Of a DNA stretch of 64,000 nt, positions 48,034-61,798 are shown one piece after another. The stretch's first letter is position 1. Each line of letters opens with the position of its first letter. The notes under the pieces were generated by a model, which had not been told where the DNA came from, did not search any database, and saw only the letters and a program-made list of their open reading frames with translations. Source of the DNA: Octopus sinensis (lineage: Eukaryota); NCBI RefSeq assembly GCF_006345805.1, contig NC_043001.1, forward strand, positions 51,274,001-51,338,000. Direction: 5' to 3'. A program made the position numbers and the translations under genes.

Positions 48034-48315
48034 GTATACATAATATATATATATATATATATATGTATACATAATATATATATATATATATGTCTATGTA
48101 TGTATATATATATACAGTTCTTAAATTTGAGAGTAAAAGGGAGGCTGATTCACTGGCATAAAAGTAACACACTTAGTCGCAATAACAAAGGGATGTGGTT
48201 TCAAGTCCCATGTGGATCGGAAAGCCTTCTTTATTCTGTCAAAGGCTGATATGTCTCTTTATTAGACTACTTTCCTTAGTGATTGTCATAAGCTGTAAGC
48301 TTATGAAAATATTCC

Positions 48316-48346
<31 letters not shown>

Positions 48347-49042
48347 GAGGGAATATTATTCCAAACTTACAGGGAAAAATTCAATTTAGAAATACTAAAT
48401 CAAATTTCACAAAATATAATATATATTTAAATTAGAGAAAAACCCACCTTTTATCAATTCAAAATGAAAAATTAAATTACACCATCTAGAAAATCTCAGC
48501 ATTTTGTTTTTTTGCTGAGATTTTTCTTGAGATAACATTCTTCATGCTAATGGCGATTTAACGTCTATGTTTAGCATATAGGCTGTCCACTTTAGTGGTC
48601 AGTCCTCTAAACTTTGTATGTAACAATTTTTAATCTTCGGATTTTTTTAAAATATGCTAAGCCACTGGTTTTAATTGGTTAATATCAATTTCTACCCTCA
48701 TTATTTAATTTTATATATATATATAATATAGTTTTTGCTATTTAGGTGACCAAATTGGTAATGGTGGTGGATACTCTGAAAAGATTGTTTCTCTCAGTAG
48801 TTGTCTGTTCCCTCATGTTTATCTGTGTGTGTGTGTACCCATATCCATCTGTCTTTTTATCAATCTATCTAACTTATTGCCTATCTAGTCATTTTAGCCA
48901 TCAATGTTTTTTATCTATTCCATATAAGTAGTATACATTTACTCCATGAAGTTATACATTATCTGAGTTGTCTGTTTTTGTTTACGTAATTTTTTCTTTT
49001 TTCTTTTTAAGTAAAGATGTGATATTGAAAGAATATATTCAC

Positions 49043-49164
49043 CTGGTCACATCCTGAAGGACAGACATCAAGGTCAAAAGCAGCAGACTCTGATTCAGAG
49101 CCTTCATCTGTGTCAGTAATGTCACTGTCTTCAGAGCTGCTTCCATCACTTTCTTCATCAGTAC
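49043..49164 (-). CDS. CFAP44: CFAP44 coding exon (acidic tract)
   Basis: tctccacag|GT ACT GAT...GAC CAG|gtgaat. TDEESDGSSSEDSD...FDLDVCPSGCDQ (cf. 'FDDSICPTNCDV'). Confidence 0.92.
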
Positions 49165-49244
49165 CTGTGGAGAAAATAGACACAGACTCTTTATAATATA
49201 GACATAGCCTGGAATATATGAAATCCTAAAACCAAGGTGTCACA

Positions 49245-49582
49245 TAAAAAGCTCTGGTGCTGGTGCCACATAAAAAGCACTGGGGCTGGTGCCACATAAA
49301 AAGCACTGGGGCTGGTGTCATGTAAAAAGCATTGGTGATGGTGTCATGTAAAATGCGCTGGTGCTGGTCTCTCATAAAAAGCACTGGTGCTGGTGCCATG
49401 TAAAAAGCACTGGTGCTGGTGCCACATAAAAATTACTGGGGCTGGTGTCATGTAAAAAGCATTGGTGATGGTGTCATATTAAAAGTACTGGTGCTGGTGC
49501 CATGAAAAATGTCCTGGTACTGGTGCCATGTAAAAAGCACTGGTGATGGTGTTACATGAAAAGCACTGGTGGGGGTACCACA
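49245..49582 (+). repeat. 26-bp minisatellite (13 units, TAAAAAGCACTGGTGCTGGTGCCAYR)
   Basis: Units counted by eye. It runs into the repeat tail (AGGAAGGGCAT...) that resembles the RTE 3' UTR. Confidence 0.85.
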
Positions 49583-52521
49583 TAAAAGTATCCAGTACAA
49601 TCTGTAAAGTGATTGGCATTAGGAAGGGCATTCGGCCATAGAAACCAAACCAAAATAGACTCTGGAACCTGGTACAGCCCCTGGCCTTTGCCAGTTCCTG
49701 TCAAGCTGTCCAGCCCTTAACAGCATGGAAAAAGGATGCTAAATGAGATGATGATGATGATGGTGAAGTTGATGATAGAACTGTATCGTTATACATACAT
49801 GAATAGAAACACATATATACTAAGTGAAAGAGAGGGGAAATGAGTTATGGCTGCTTTGACTCATGAGGCTTATGAGGATCATGAAGCTGCAGTTTATCCT
49901 GATCTCAGAGGTGTTCAGATGACTGAATGTATACTATTCCACCCCTCCTGAATTGGGTCACCTCCCTCTTCATTGCAAGGTTAATTTCCAGCTGCTGTCA
50001 GTGTTTTCTTCAGAAGGAAGGATTGGAACAATGTAAAATGAAGTGCTTTGCTCAAGGATAAAACACACCGTCTGGTTCAAGAAATGAACACATGAGCAAA
50101 TAATCATGACCCAACATCCTAGCCACTAGGCCACATACTTTCCACAAAGAGAGAAGGGGGAGAAGGAGAGAGAGAGGATGTGGAATATATATCTATCTGT
50201 TTCATTATTGTTGTTTAGCAGTGAAGACATGTGGCTTCATGGTCAGGGCTTTCAGCTCATGACTGTAAGGTTGTGAGTTCAATTCCTGGTGATGCATTGT
50301 GTCCTTGAGCAAGACACTTTATTTCACATTGCCCCAGTCCACTCAGCTGGCAAAAATAAGTGGTACTTGTATTTCAAAGGGCCAGCCTTGTCACATTCTG
50401 TGTCATGCTGAATCTCCCTGACAACTATATTAAGGGTACATGTGTTTATGGAGTGCTCAGCCACTTGCACGTTAATTTCATGAGCAAGCTGTTCTGTTGA
50501 TCGTATCAGCTGGGACCCTTGTTATTTAGCACCAGGAACATCCTATATAAAATAAATAAATAAATGCGCACTTTTTTAAAGCCTAGCAGGCTCATGGGCC
50601 CGGTTTCCCAGTTTCAATGGCGTATGTGTCCCCAGCTGGATGGGATGCCAGTCCATCACAGTATTACTCATTTTTGCCAGCTGAGTGGATTGGAGCAACA
50701 TGAAATGAAGTGTTTTGCTCAAGAACACAACGCGTCGCCCAGTCCAGGAATCGAAACCACAATCTTACGATCATGATGCTGACACCCTAACCACTAAGCC
50801 ATGCGCCTCCACACATCCTATATAAGTAAACCTATAATCAAAGGCACATCAGCAGCCATGACCATCCTGTCTTTTTTCTCTCTGCAGAGAGCCCAGTATC
50901 ACATTATTCAGTATATCCTGTTTTTAAAGACAGTATGATGAGATTTGAGATGAGGCTTCTGATATTCTTCCCAAATTGACCTCAATCAATATAGCTATTT
51001 CAACTCCATCACCAAAGTTCAAGCACTCCAGTCAGGTGAGTGGCTTATTTGGAGAGCCTTTCCTGCTCCTGTAGTCTGCTTCCTTCTATCATATTTTTTT
51101 GAGCCAACCTTTTTTTTATCAGTCTCTGATACTTTCTTGTCTTTTTCCAGTCACCATCTTCTCTCCATTGCAACACTGTCCAACCTTTGCAAGTGGAAGA
51201 GATCCTTACAGCTTCTTAATTTCCTGCTTCATTGTCAAACTCTGGGACTAGTGTCACTTACGTAATCTCATTGCTTCCACTCCTGCTATCCTTAGAACTG
51301 TAGCATTTGAGACTCTAGAAAGAACAGAAGCAATAGCCATGCCTTCATCTTGAGGGTTTGTTGCACTTACCTCTGATACAGTCTGTCATTTTTTCCTGCA
51401 TTGTCTTTTTTTTAAAATTTAATTTAATTGCTTAATTTCTCAACCATTTTTTGCCTATGGACCAATTTGATTCCTATTTTACTCAGGTGGACACTCATAA
51501 CCATTTGATGCTTTAACACCTGAGCATTCAGATTATTCTGTCAAATGCAATCCTTATTATCTATTCACCCTGTTTTGAATCAATCATGCATCATCTCATA
51601 GCTTTCAGATTTTGATGATGTAATTGTTTATTTGTTGAATGACAGTGTGGTGTAGGGTGGAGGCACAATGGTCCAGTGGTTAGTGCAGCGGACTCGTGGT
51701 TGGGAGGATCACGGTTTCGATTTCCAGACTGGGCATTGTGTGTGTTTATTGAGCGAAGACACCTAAAGCTCTACGAGGTTCCGGCAGGGGGTGGTGGCGA
51801 CCCCTGTTGTACTCTTTCTCTCAATCTTTCTTCAAGTTTCATGAGTAATGCTGCGATGGACTGCCGTCCCGTCCAGCTGGGGGGAAACACATATGCCACA
51901 GAAGCCAGGAAACTGGGGCTATGAGCCAGGCTAGGCTTGAAAAGGGTGCATAGAGATAGTGTAGTGTAGGTGTGAAAGATTAGATCTGCCCTATTCGAAC
52001 ATAAAACAGGTAGAATATCTTGGCTGTATATGGCCAGTTTATATGCTAAAAGGTTAAAAAAATTTTTATAATTAAATATTATCAAGAATTGCATAGAAAA
52101 AAATGATAAAAATATTTTGTATATTGTTGAAATACAACCAGTTCATTACACATAAATTTTTAATAGTAAAGTCTTATGTGGACCCTGTTTGAGAACCACT
52201 GATTTACAGTGTGTTGACCAAGATGACCAGCTCTGGTTTGGAAAAATCAGTAATCTGGAAAGATTTTGGAACCAAATCTTCTAGAAAATCCATGTTGTAC
52301 TTGTACTTGTATGTCTTGGAGGGCCTGTAAAGGCATGGTTACAGCACCTTCCTCCAAAGCCAGAAAATAAAGCCAAAAAAATGTAACCTAAACAGGGTTA
52401 CATATTATCCAAAGTAAGAGGCAAAATTAGTTTAGGCACTGACATTCTCTTCAGACTAAAAAGAAAATAAAGAAAGAAAAAAGAAAAATATAAAAATAAA
52501 GATATGAAAATGGATTAGTAC

Positions 52522-52699
52522 CTTCTGTTTCCTTTTTCTTTGATCTCTTAATCTTCTTCTTGAACACTTTAATGAGATAATCAGCAAACTTATTTTCTCC
52601 AATTGTTGTTACAAGTGTTCCATGAAGGGCTCGTTCACGTTCCAGAAGTTTCTCAATATCTTTTATTTTGCTATCAATTTTGGCCTGACATTCTTGGAC
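52522..52699 (-). CDS. CFAP44: CFAP44 coding exon
   Basis: tttgttag|GTC CAA...GAA G|gtacta. VQECQAK...TIGENKFADYLIKVFKKKIKRSKKKETE(G) (cf. '[29 protein letters not shown]'). Confidence 0.93.
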
Positions 52700-52898
52700 C
52701 TAACAAAGATACATATAAAAAAAAACGGGAAATGTTAACAAAGGTGGAGATGTGGCTGTGCAGTAAACAGCTTGCTTTCCAACCACATGGTTCTGGGTTC
52801 AGTTGCTCAATGTGGCACCTTGGGCAAGTGTCTTCTACTACAGGCTGAACAAAGTCTTGTGAGTGGATTTGGTAGATACAAACCGAAAGAAGCCCATC

Positions 52899-52948
<50 letters not shown>

Positions 52949-53327
52949 ATATATACATACATACATATATATAGATATACACACATACATACATGCATAC
53001 ATACATATATACTCACACACATATACACCAATAGCGTTTCCCCTCTGCAAGTTCACCATAAAAGAGCTGTTTTGGCATGCATTCATCTGCCAATCAAATA
53101 ATATGGCCACACCATCTCATTTGGTTCCTCAAAATCATAGCTTTAATTGACGTGATGCCTGCAGATGCAAGGACATCTTTGTTTGGAGTAAAAGAGCTCC
53201 ATTTAATTTTTAAAATGCAATAAAAGCATTTTGGGTGGAATTGTTCTAACAGTTTAAAATCCTTTCATAACAAGTCCATGTTTCACAAGAATACAACAGG
53301 GATGGTAAGACAAATGATTTGTGAAGA

Positions 53328-55985
53328 GCCAGCTTTGTATTCTTATTTATATGTCGCTGGCACCAAATGCGTGACTCTAAGCCACCGAATGCTTCTGCTG
53401 ACCTTTGAATTCACAGCTGTATTTCTGTATCAAGATTTCCAATCATTTTGAACAGAGCTTCCAAGGTAGATGAATGAATCAACAACCTCAAGTAACTTTC
53501 CCTTAACAAAAATTTTAGTGGGGTTACAAACAGCAACACATACAGGTTGATGCATTACAACTGTTTTTTTTTTCCAGTTGATGGTCAAGCCAAAATAATC
53601 ACAAGCTGAGTCAAATGCAGATACAAGAGATTGCAGACCTGTTTCAGAATGACTGACAAGACTGCAATCGTCAGCAGACAAAAGTTCCCTAATGAGTGAA
53701 GTAAAAACCTTCGTTTTGCATTTCAGTCTGGTCAGATTAAAAACATTCCCTGTTGTTCGATATTTTATGTAAATACTCTCCTCAGAGTTTTGAAAAGCAT
53801 GTGACAACACAACAGCAAAGTATATTGCAAAGAGGGTGGGTGCATCAATGTCTCCTTGCTTTACTCCATTTTCCACAGCAAAAGATTCAGAGAGCCTACT
53901 ACCAAAATTAACTCTAGCTTTCATATCTTGATGCAAAGCCCTGACCATGTTTACAAATTTTTTCTGGGCAACCTGTTTTCCTTAGAATTAGCCACAGAGC
54001 ATTTCGATTAACAGTATCAAATGCTTTGCCCAAACCAACAAAGCACTGGTATAGAGCAAGATTCTGTTCAATGCACTTTCCTTGTAATTGTCTGACAGTA
54101 AAGATACAATCAGCTGTGCCCCTGGAGGAATGAAAACCACACTGAGACTCAGACACTATATTTGGAACTATAAAAGTATTTAAATGTTTTAACAAAATGC
54201 AGGCAAGTACCTTTCCAACCACAGACAAAAGCGAAATCCCACAAAAATTACCTCACAGATCCTTTGGCCCCGATTTATGCAAGGAGACTAAAATGGCATC
54301 ATTCCAGTCTTGAAGCACTTTCTCAGTTCTCCAACAGTGACAAATTAATATATTTAAGAGTTCAAACATTTTGTCACCCCCATATTTCAAGACTTCTGCA
54401 CAGATTCCATCAGCTTATTCACAGCTAAATAAATGTCATTTAGAGTTGGTTCAAATGTCATCTCTTCTATAACTGGAAGGTGTTCAATTTTTTCTATCAT
54501 TCTCATGTCAACAGATGATGGTCTATTCAAAAGTGCAGAAAAATGTTCTCCCAAATGCTTATGAATAGAAGCGGTGTCAGTCAGAAGAAAACATCCATTT
54601 CCTGTTCTCACTGTGCTATTGAGGAAGATTTTGGGCATATACTTCCTTAGCATAAGAGTACAAACCCTTGGCATCATTTCTATCAGCTGCTTCTTGTGCC
54701 CCTTTTGCTCTATCATTCCACCATTCCTGTTTAATTTTCTTTAGAGCAGTCTGCATTTTCCTTTTCAGCTTTATGCATGTTTTGTTTGAGTTGGGGTTCA
54801 AGGACTGAGAAAGAAATGCATTGCCTAAGTTTTGTTTCTCTAAAATTAGATCATGAATTTCTGCTGATCTATCTGAGAACCAGTCACTAGACTTATGTAA
54901 TTTAAATCCCACTGACAAACTTGCAGCCTGAAATACTTTGGTTTTGAAATCTTCCTATAGCTTGTTTGGGTCAAGATTGATACTTTCTATAGCATCGTGG
55001 AATCTTTGCAAGTTGCTCGATAATTTAAAGTTTGCAACATTTAACTTTTTGGGTACCTTAGGACCAGACTGTTGCTTTTTAGGCATTATCGAAAAATCTA
55101 TTTTTCCACACACTAGATGATGGTCAGTCCAGCTCTCTGCTTCTCTCATGACCCGAACGCTAGAAACGTCTTTCATATCACATTTCTTGATCAGAATATA
55201 ATCTATGAGATGCTAGTGCTTAGATCTTGGGTGCATCCAGGTGGTTTTATATTTATTTTTCTGCTTAAACAGAGTGTTTGTGACAACCAGATTATTCTCA
55301 GTACAAAATGTCAAAAGAGCTGCTCCATTTTTATTTCATTTTCGAATCCCATGTTGACCTAAAACAGGCCATGAAACATAGTTCTTTCCAACTCTTGCAT
55401 TGAAATCTCCCAATATAACCAGCTTCTCAGAAATTGGTACTTTCCTCAATAATCATGCTAGATCATCATAAAACTGCCCTACAGATTGTTGGTGCGTAAA
55501 TACTGACAACAGTAAGAAGCCTACCTTTTGTCAGTTTAATACTGCATGACATGATCTGTTCAGATATACCACTTGGAAGCTCTGCAATGGAGAATACTAA
55601 TGTATTCTTGAGAGCAAACCCAACACCAGATTCTCTATGCTGACCCTTAGGTAGGCCTCTCCAAAAGATAGTATATCCATAAGTAGGTTCATTTACTTGA
55701 CCCTCACCAGAGAGATGGGTTTCAGAGAGCGCAACTATATCAAGGGAATATTTCTTAAGCTCACATGCAATAAGTGCAGTACACCTTTCTGGCCTCTTGT
55801 TGAAATTATCATCAAGAAGTGTGCGCACATTCCAACAACCGCAATTCAAAGGATGTTTATTTTTACTTTTTCTTGAAGATTGTTTGACCACAGTGGCAGG
55901 ATGACGACCAGGTCCAGCCTGTGATACATCGGGACACCTGCTGAGCCAGACCTGTTTCCCTGACATTCCTAAGCCATTTTTTTAC
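53328..55985 (-). mobile_element. Degraded RTE LINE of a second family (BovB-like)
   Basis: GCWNVRTLLD...RPERCTALIA...ALSETHL; SQCGFHSSRG; LLSADD; VDSFIYLGS. Many frameshifts; the 3' end is missing. Confidence 0.9.
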
Positions 55986-56638
55986 TATTTACTGAATCTG
56001 TTTGAGACATTTTAGAGTAAGTTACAAGTGCATTTTTAGGTTTTTGCCAACCAACCAATTGAATGATTTTACTTAGATTTGGAGTACAGGAAGTACCTGT
56101 GCAGATGAATAATTTTCAGTGGATGTATTTTGCATATCGAAAAATCTATATAAAAATCACCTGAATGCACCCAGATCTATTTATTTATATACATAGATAC
56201 ATACATACATACATACATACATACATACATTCATACATACATACACACACACACACATATATAAACACACACACACACATATACAAGAGTCTTCTTTCAG
56301 TTTCTATCTACCAAATCTACCCACAAGGCTTTGTCAGCCTGAGGCTATGGTAGAACACACTTGACCAAGGTGCCACACAGTAGGACTGAACTCAGAACTA
56401 CGTGCACCTCTGCAGATTTTCTTGAGATTTTATAGTCAGCACTGATTTGTAAGAACATTTCTTATCCAGGTACACCTAATGTAAACAACAATGAAATAGA
56501 AGATGAAAAATGGGGTGGGGGAAGAGAGAGGGGAAATGGAAGAAGGAGGAGGAGATGGGAAGGAAGAGGAAGGGGAGGAAGAAGAGGGAGAAGAGGAAGA
56601 TGAAAAAGCGGAGGAGGAGGAGGAGGACACATTCTTAC

Positions 56639-56753
56639 CTTTCTTTCCATATCAAGTTTTTCTTTGAATCTCTCTTCGACTTTTTCTGCGATGATGTTTT
56701 CATACTTTTCATATTCTTTTAGTAAAACTAACTCTTCAAAAGCTGTTATTTCC
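56639..56753 (-). CDS. CFAP44: CFAP44 coding exon
   Basis: ctttgcag|G GAA ATA...AGA AAG|gtaaga. EITAFEELVLLKEYEKYENIIAEKVEERFKEKLDMERK (cf. 'TLFQEILLLKNFEKQENIL'). Confidence 0.92.
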
Positions 56754-57051
56754 CTGCAAAGAGATGGCAACTTTATTTCTGGCCACATTTATAAAATCAG
56801 TTCACCAAATCAAGTGTTTTCACAACTTTAGTATAATTGTCATAGAGCTAATGCCAGGTACCGTTATTAGACCAATTTTTTTCCCCTGATCTACGAATAT
56901 TACAAGGGAGGAAAAGCACATGTACTCATATACACAGTCATACATATATATTTTCAGTAAAATAATTACATTTAGATACACATACACACACTTACGTATA
57001 ACACACAAACACATATATTCCCTATGAAATACATGCTCACATATTCACATA

Positions 57052-58265
57052 TTGGGATGGCAACTAAGTTCCCGCCTTTTTATTTAAATTTTAGAATTTA
57101 TTGCGTTTTTAAATTTTGGAATCTATTTTTTATGAGAATTCTATTTCTGAATCATTTTGGAATCTATTTTGTTTTTTCTACTTAATTTTTGTTTATTTTC
57201 AGATCATTAAAATAGAATATCAAGTTAAGAAAAATGAGCATTTTCGACACCTCCCCCTTTTTGCTTTTAATCAAGGTTCTAAGGCTGCAAAAGCTGCTCA
57301 CGACATTTGTGTTGTGTATGGAGAGGGTGCCATAGCTGAAAGAACTGCTCATGATTGGTCTGCCAAGTTCAAAAATGTAAATTTTGATCTCAAAGATGCA
57401 CCTTGTTCTGGCAGGCCAGTTTTGCACAAAAATTCTCGTCAAATGACAAGGGAACTGACAGAGAAAATGGAATGCTCTCACACTGCTATAGAGAAGCCTC
57501 TTCACTCAATGGGAAAAGTTCAGAAGTATGGAGCATGGGTTCCACATGCTTTAAGAGACAACAACAAAAATCAACAAGCCACCATCTCCGCTGGTTTTTT
57601 GCTCATCACACAAGCAACAATTTCTTTACCGAATCGTTACTGGTGATGAAAAATGGTGCCTATACATCAATATGAAGCAGTGTAAGGAATGGTAAACAAG
57701 CGACACTGCACGTGAAACAAGAACTTCGTCTGCGTAAAACGATGTTGTGCATATAGTGGGACTGGGAAGGGATTATCCATTATGAATTGCTTGAACGGAA
57801 CCAAATGGTAAATGCGGAACTCTACATTCAACAGATGAAATGACTCAGAGAAAAGACCTAATCAGCAGAATGGAGTTCTTCTACTGCATGATCGCCTGCC
57901 CTCCTATCGCCAATATGACCAAGGAAGCCATTCAAACACATGGCTGGGAAGTGCTGCCAAACCTGCCATACTCTTCTGGTTTGGCACCAATGGATTTACA
58001 CCTCTTTTGATCTCTTTCAAATGCTATGTGCAGAGTTTCATTCAATACTCATGCAGGATTGAGAGCTTGCATGGCTCAATTTTTCGAGTTAAAATCGGGT
58101 GATTTCTACCAATGAGGTATTGAAAATCTTGTTGAACGCTGGGAAGAAGTTGTAAGCAACAAGGATGAATACATTATTGATTAATTAGTTGTTATTTTTT
58201 ATTAAACCTTTTAAAAATTTAAATTAAAAAAAAAAAGAACGGCGGGAACTTAGTTGCCAACCCAA
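57052..58265 (+). mobile_element. Mariner transposon (1214 bp) with both TIRs and TA duplication; transposase is a pseudogene
   Basis: TIR TTGGG(A/T)TGGCAACTAAGTTCCCGCC at both ends with TA flanks. Motifs WVPHAL, VTGDEKW, LLLHD, PYSSGLAP. Confidence 0.95.
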
Positions 58266-58801
58266 TAGATTACTCTGGTATATAAATAATTCGCTGTAAA
58301 TTACAGTGTACATGATTTTAGTCCTTGAGTAGCTAGTGTTATTTCCTATTTGCTTACCTCTAGAAAGTATGAAAAATGGCTAATATTTCCTTCAAAATTT
58401 CCTTTTGTTACATTTATTCAACCCCCAAATAACCACTCACAACACATGGCTATGATCTTCTTCCAGTACACTTGCTCTTGATCAGTGATGCACATATTGT
58501 CAGCTTCTAAGGGATAACCAATACCTTGTGAGTTAATTTGGTAGATGGAAACTGTATAGAAGCCCATTGTGTGTGTGTGTTTCCCCTCCACTGCATGACA
58601 ATTGGTGTTGGTTTCTTACATTTCTGTATTTAAAGAGTTCAGCAAAAGAATATAATAAAATAGGTACAAGGCTTTAAAAAAATAAGCACTTGAGTTGATG
58701 TGTTTGACTAGAACCCTTCAAAGCAATGCTCCAGTATGGCCACTGTCCAATTACTGAAACAAGTAAAACATAAAAGACGTAGTCAAGATATACAAACTAA
58801 C

Positions 58802-58930
58802 CTTAGATTTCCTTTTTTAATTAAAACATCTAAGAGAAATTTTTCATGTCGCAGTAAACAAAGCCTTGCATCAAAATCTGCTTTCATCTGTTCTATTTTC
58901 CTCAGTAGATCATCTCTTTTATATTGATTC
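58802..58930 (-). CDS. CFAP44: CFAP44 coding exon
   Basis: catctag|G AAT CAA...CTA AG|gttagt. NQYKRDDLLRKIEQMKADFDARLCLLRHEKFLLDVLIKKGNLR matches the CFAP44 'FDAELRLLRHQKLKLD' motif. Confidence 0.9.
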
Positions 58931-59586
58931 CTAGATGTGTGAAACAAAGATATTAATAAATCTTTAGGCAGTGTTACATTAATTCGTTGTCGTCATCGTT
59001 ATCATCATTTAACACCTGCTTTCCATGCTGGCATGGGTTAGATGATTTGACTGGAACTGATAAGTCAGAGGGCTGCACCAGGTGCCAGTCTGATTTCTAT
59101 GGTTGGACGCCCTTCCTGATGCCAACCCCTTTGGAGTGTGCACTGGGTGCTTTTTATATGCCACTGGTATGGGTGCCTTATACATGACATTGGCAGCAGT
59201 CACAGCTATGGTTTTATGGGTGCCATTTACTTGACACGGGCAACAGCCACGACTATGATCTCACTTGGCTTAGTGTGTCTTCTCAAGCAGAGCATATTGC
59301 GTAAGGTCTCAGTTACTTGTCATCACCACTAGAAGATCATGCTACCAGCAATGACCACGATTATGATTCATAGGTGCCATTCACATGTCAGCATATTTAT
59401 TTCATTTTAGGTAACTCACCAGAGAATAAACCCTTTTTCTGTCCTGTGTTGTACATGTGATACTCAGGACACATTTCCCTGGTGTCCGTGCATCATATAT
59501 GACACACACTCCCAATTGTTTTCAACCACCAGAATATCTTGGGAACTTATGAGAGGAAAGCTTTATATTACTCAGGACATATGAAA

Positions 59587-60083
59587 CATCATCATCATCA
59601 TCATCATCATCGTTTAGCGTCCGTTTTCCATGCTAGCATAGGTTGGACGGTTCTACTGGGGTCTGTGAAGCCAGAAGGCTTCATCAGGCCCAGTCAAATC
59701 TGGCAGTGTTTCTACGGCTGGATGCCCTTCCTAACGCCAACCACTCCGTGAGTGTAGTGGGTGCTTTTTACGTGTCACCCGCACAGGTGCCAGACAGAGC
59801 TGGCAAACGGCCACGAACGGATGGTGCTTTTTATGTGCCACCGGCACAAGGGCCAGGGGAGGCTGGCAACGGACACGAAACGGGGCGGTGCTGGCAACGG
59901 TCGCGAAACGGAAGGTTCTCTTACATGCCACCGGCACTGGTAACACATCTGCAATTTCCATTGATCGATTTCCATTCTGATCCTCACTTGCCTCAACGGG
60001 TCTTCACAAGTAGAGTTTCGACATGCCACCGGCACTGGTAACACATCTGCAATTTCCATTGATCGATTTCCATTTCTGATCCT
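59587..60083 (-). mobile_element. RTE LINE 3' UTR only (copy 3) with a duplicated segment at its 5' junction
   Basis: Matches 39995-40460. 59923-59984 is repeated at 60021-60083. Confidence 0.9.
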
Positions 60084-61637
60084 CTTGTTTTATTAACAAG
60101 GGTTAACAAAAAGTCTGGAAACAAACCTGGACATTTAAGACAAGCTTATGAAAAGACTTTGGACAAGCAAATGGTTAAGAAACCATTTAAAAGAAAAAAA
60201 AACATTGATACATTTTTGAAAATCATTAAGTACCAGACTACTAACCACATTGGTCGAGTTCAAAACCTTTGAACAATCATTGTTTTGGCCATTAGCAAGT
60301 TATATGATACTGCTTGCCACAATTTCATTTATAGCAAATCAGCTGTTTCTATTTGATGGCCAAATGATTTGCAATAATAAAGATTTCAAATTATAGTAAA
60401 AAAAATTTTTTTAATCTCCAAAAGTTATATTACTTTTGCCAAGTGTAATATAGTAGGAAAGTTGATGGAGAACCATAAAGCAGCTGGAGTAATGAAGTAC
60501 ATGGAATAAGTGAGTGTTCACATCTTAAGTAATTACTCAAACTGTACTTGGTTGGTTTTATGGAAAGTCCCAGAGGAATTTATCATACTCTGTGTTCTAA
60601 AAAAAAAAATAGATGCATGATTACTATCATTTAAATGCATCCTTTTGTTTTTTATTGTTTAGTCAGATGGGAGGGCAGTGCTTACAACATTTTACAGGGT
60701 CTTCAAGCTTAGTAGGAGGGAAGGAAGGAAGGAAGGAAGAGAGAGAGAGAGAGAGAGGGAGAGGAAAGGAGGGAGACAACGAAGAAAGAAAGTATCCACA
60801 ATCGTGAGATCTATCCCAAATATTTGAAACAGACTGGGCTCCACTAAAGGCATCCAATGGCCAAGTGTTAATGATATGACAACAGGTGATGGATTAACTT
60901 TACCAGCCAAATAAATCAGAACAGAGCTGGAACAAACACTACAGGGAGGTTCTGAAAAGTTCCTGGCTTTAAGGGTATCATGAAAAGCCAATGGTTTGGT
61001 GTATAATTATCTATAGTGACAGTACACCTCTACTAGCTTGTTGTGGTTGGCAGAACTTATATTGCCAGAACCTCAGCTTGTTGAAGACCAGTGCTAAATG
61101 TTCTGCACTGTTACTGATGTCGCAATCATGTCGTTGCAAAAGTCTTAGTCTATGGCCCCAGTCCATAAATTTGGGCTATCATCGGGTGCTGCCAACTGGA
61201 GGGAAAATGAACCCAAGATTTGTAACAGGCAGTGACATTCCCTTAAATAGCTAAAACATTACCCTCTCCTACTCAGAATTGAGTAAGATATCTCTGTGGA
61301 ATTAGATGTCAAAGAATAAGTATTTACTTGCCTACAAATCAAGTAATGGTTCTTGTAGAATATTGGATTAAAGAGATATCATGCTACCAGCATGAGATGC
61401 TGCACAAATTCCATAAATTCTATATGTTTAGGTGGCTTTCATACTTGTAATTCAGGCACTTGAAGCTATCAGCTCCATATGTAAATGGCTACCATAATGC
61501 TTTCTTGAGCTTAACAATTTCAGTGCCTCAAACATAGTAGAAAGCAGATCTTCTGTGTAGTGCCACTGATTGAAGCAAAAGTAATAAACTCCTGCCTTTG
61601 GTTTTAGTAGTCAAGTACCTTAGTTACAGATATTCAC

Positions 61638-61798
61638 CTAATTTCTAGTTCTTCTGCTTGCATGATTTCCATTTTGGTTATAGCTGTTGATCTTTCAAAA
61701 TTCTCATTATCAATCATCTGGTTAAATAATTCCTCTTTTGTCTCAAAGACACCCAGATTGCTGCTTTTTGTTAGAACCATGGAACCACGACTTGCATG
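61638..61798 (-). CDS. CFAP44: CFAP44 coding exon (most 5' exon supported in this window)
   Basis: ttcttgacag|CATGCA...GAAATTAG|gtgaat. Translates HASRGSMVLT...TKMEIMQAEELEI(R), resembling the 'TDVELEIMKRDEIK' region of CFAP44 as I recall it. Phase 2 end fits the next exon. The 5' boundary is less certain. Confidence 0.75.

Noticed and set aside
49245-49582. CRISPR-like regular array
   Set aside because: The units are contiguous with no unique spacers. It is a eukaryotic minisatellite.
51430-52201. hAT/Charlie-like MITE (right end reverse-complements to CAGTGGTTCTCAAAC)
   Set aside because: The left TIR is incomplete and I found no 8-bp target duplication. Plausible, but not supported well enough to list.
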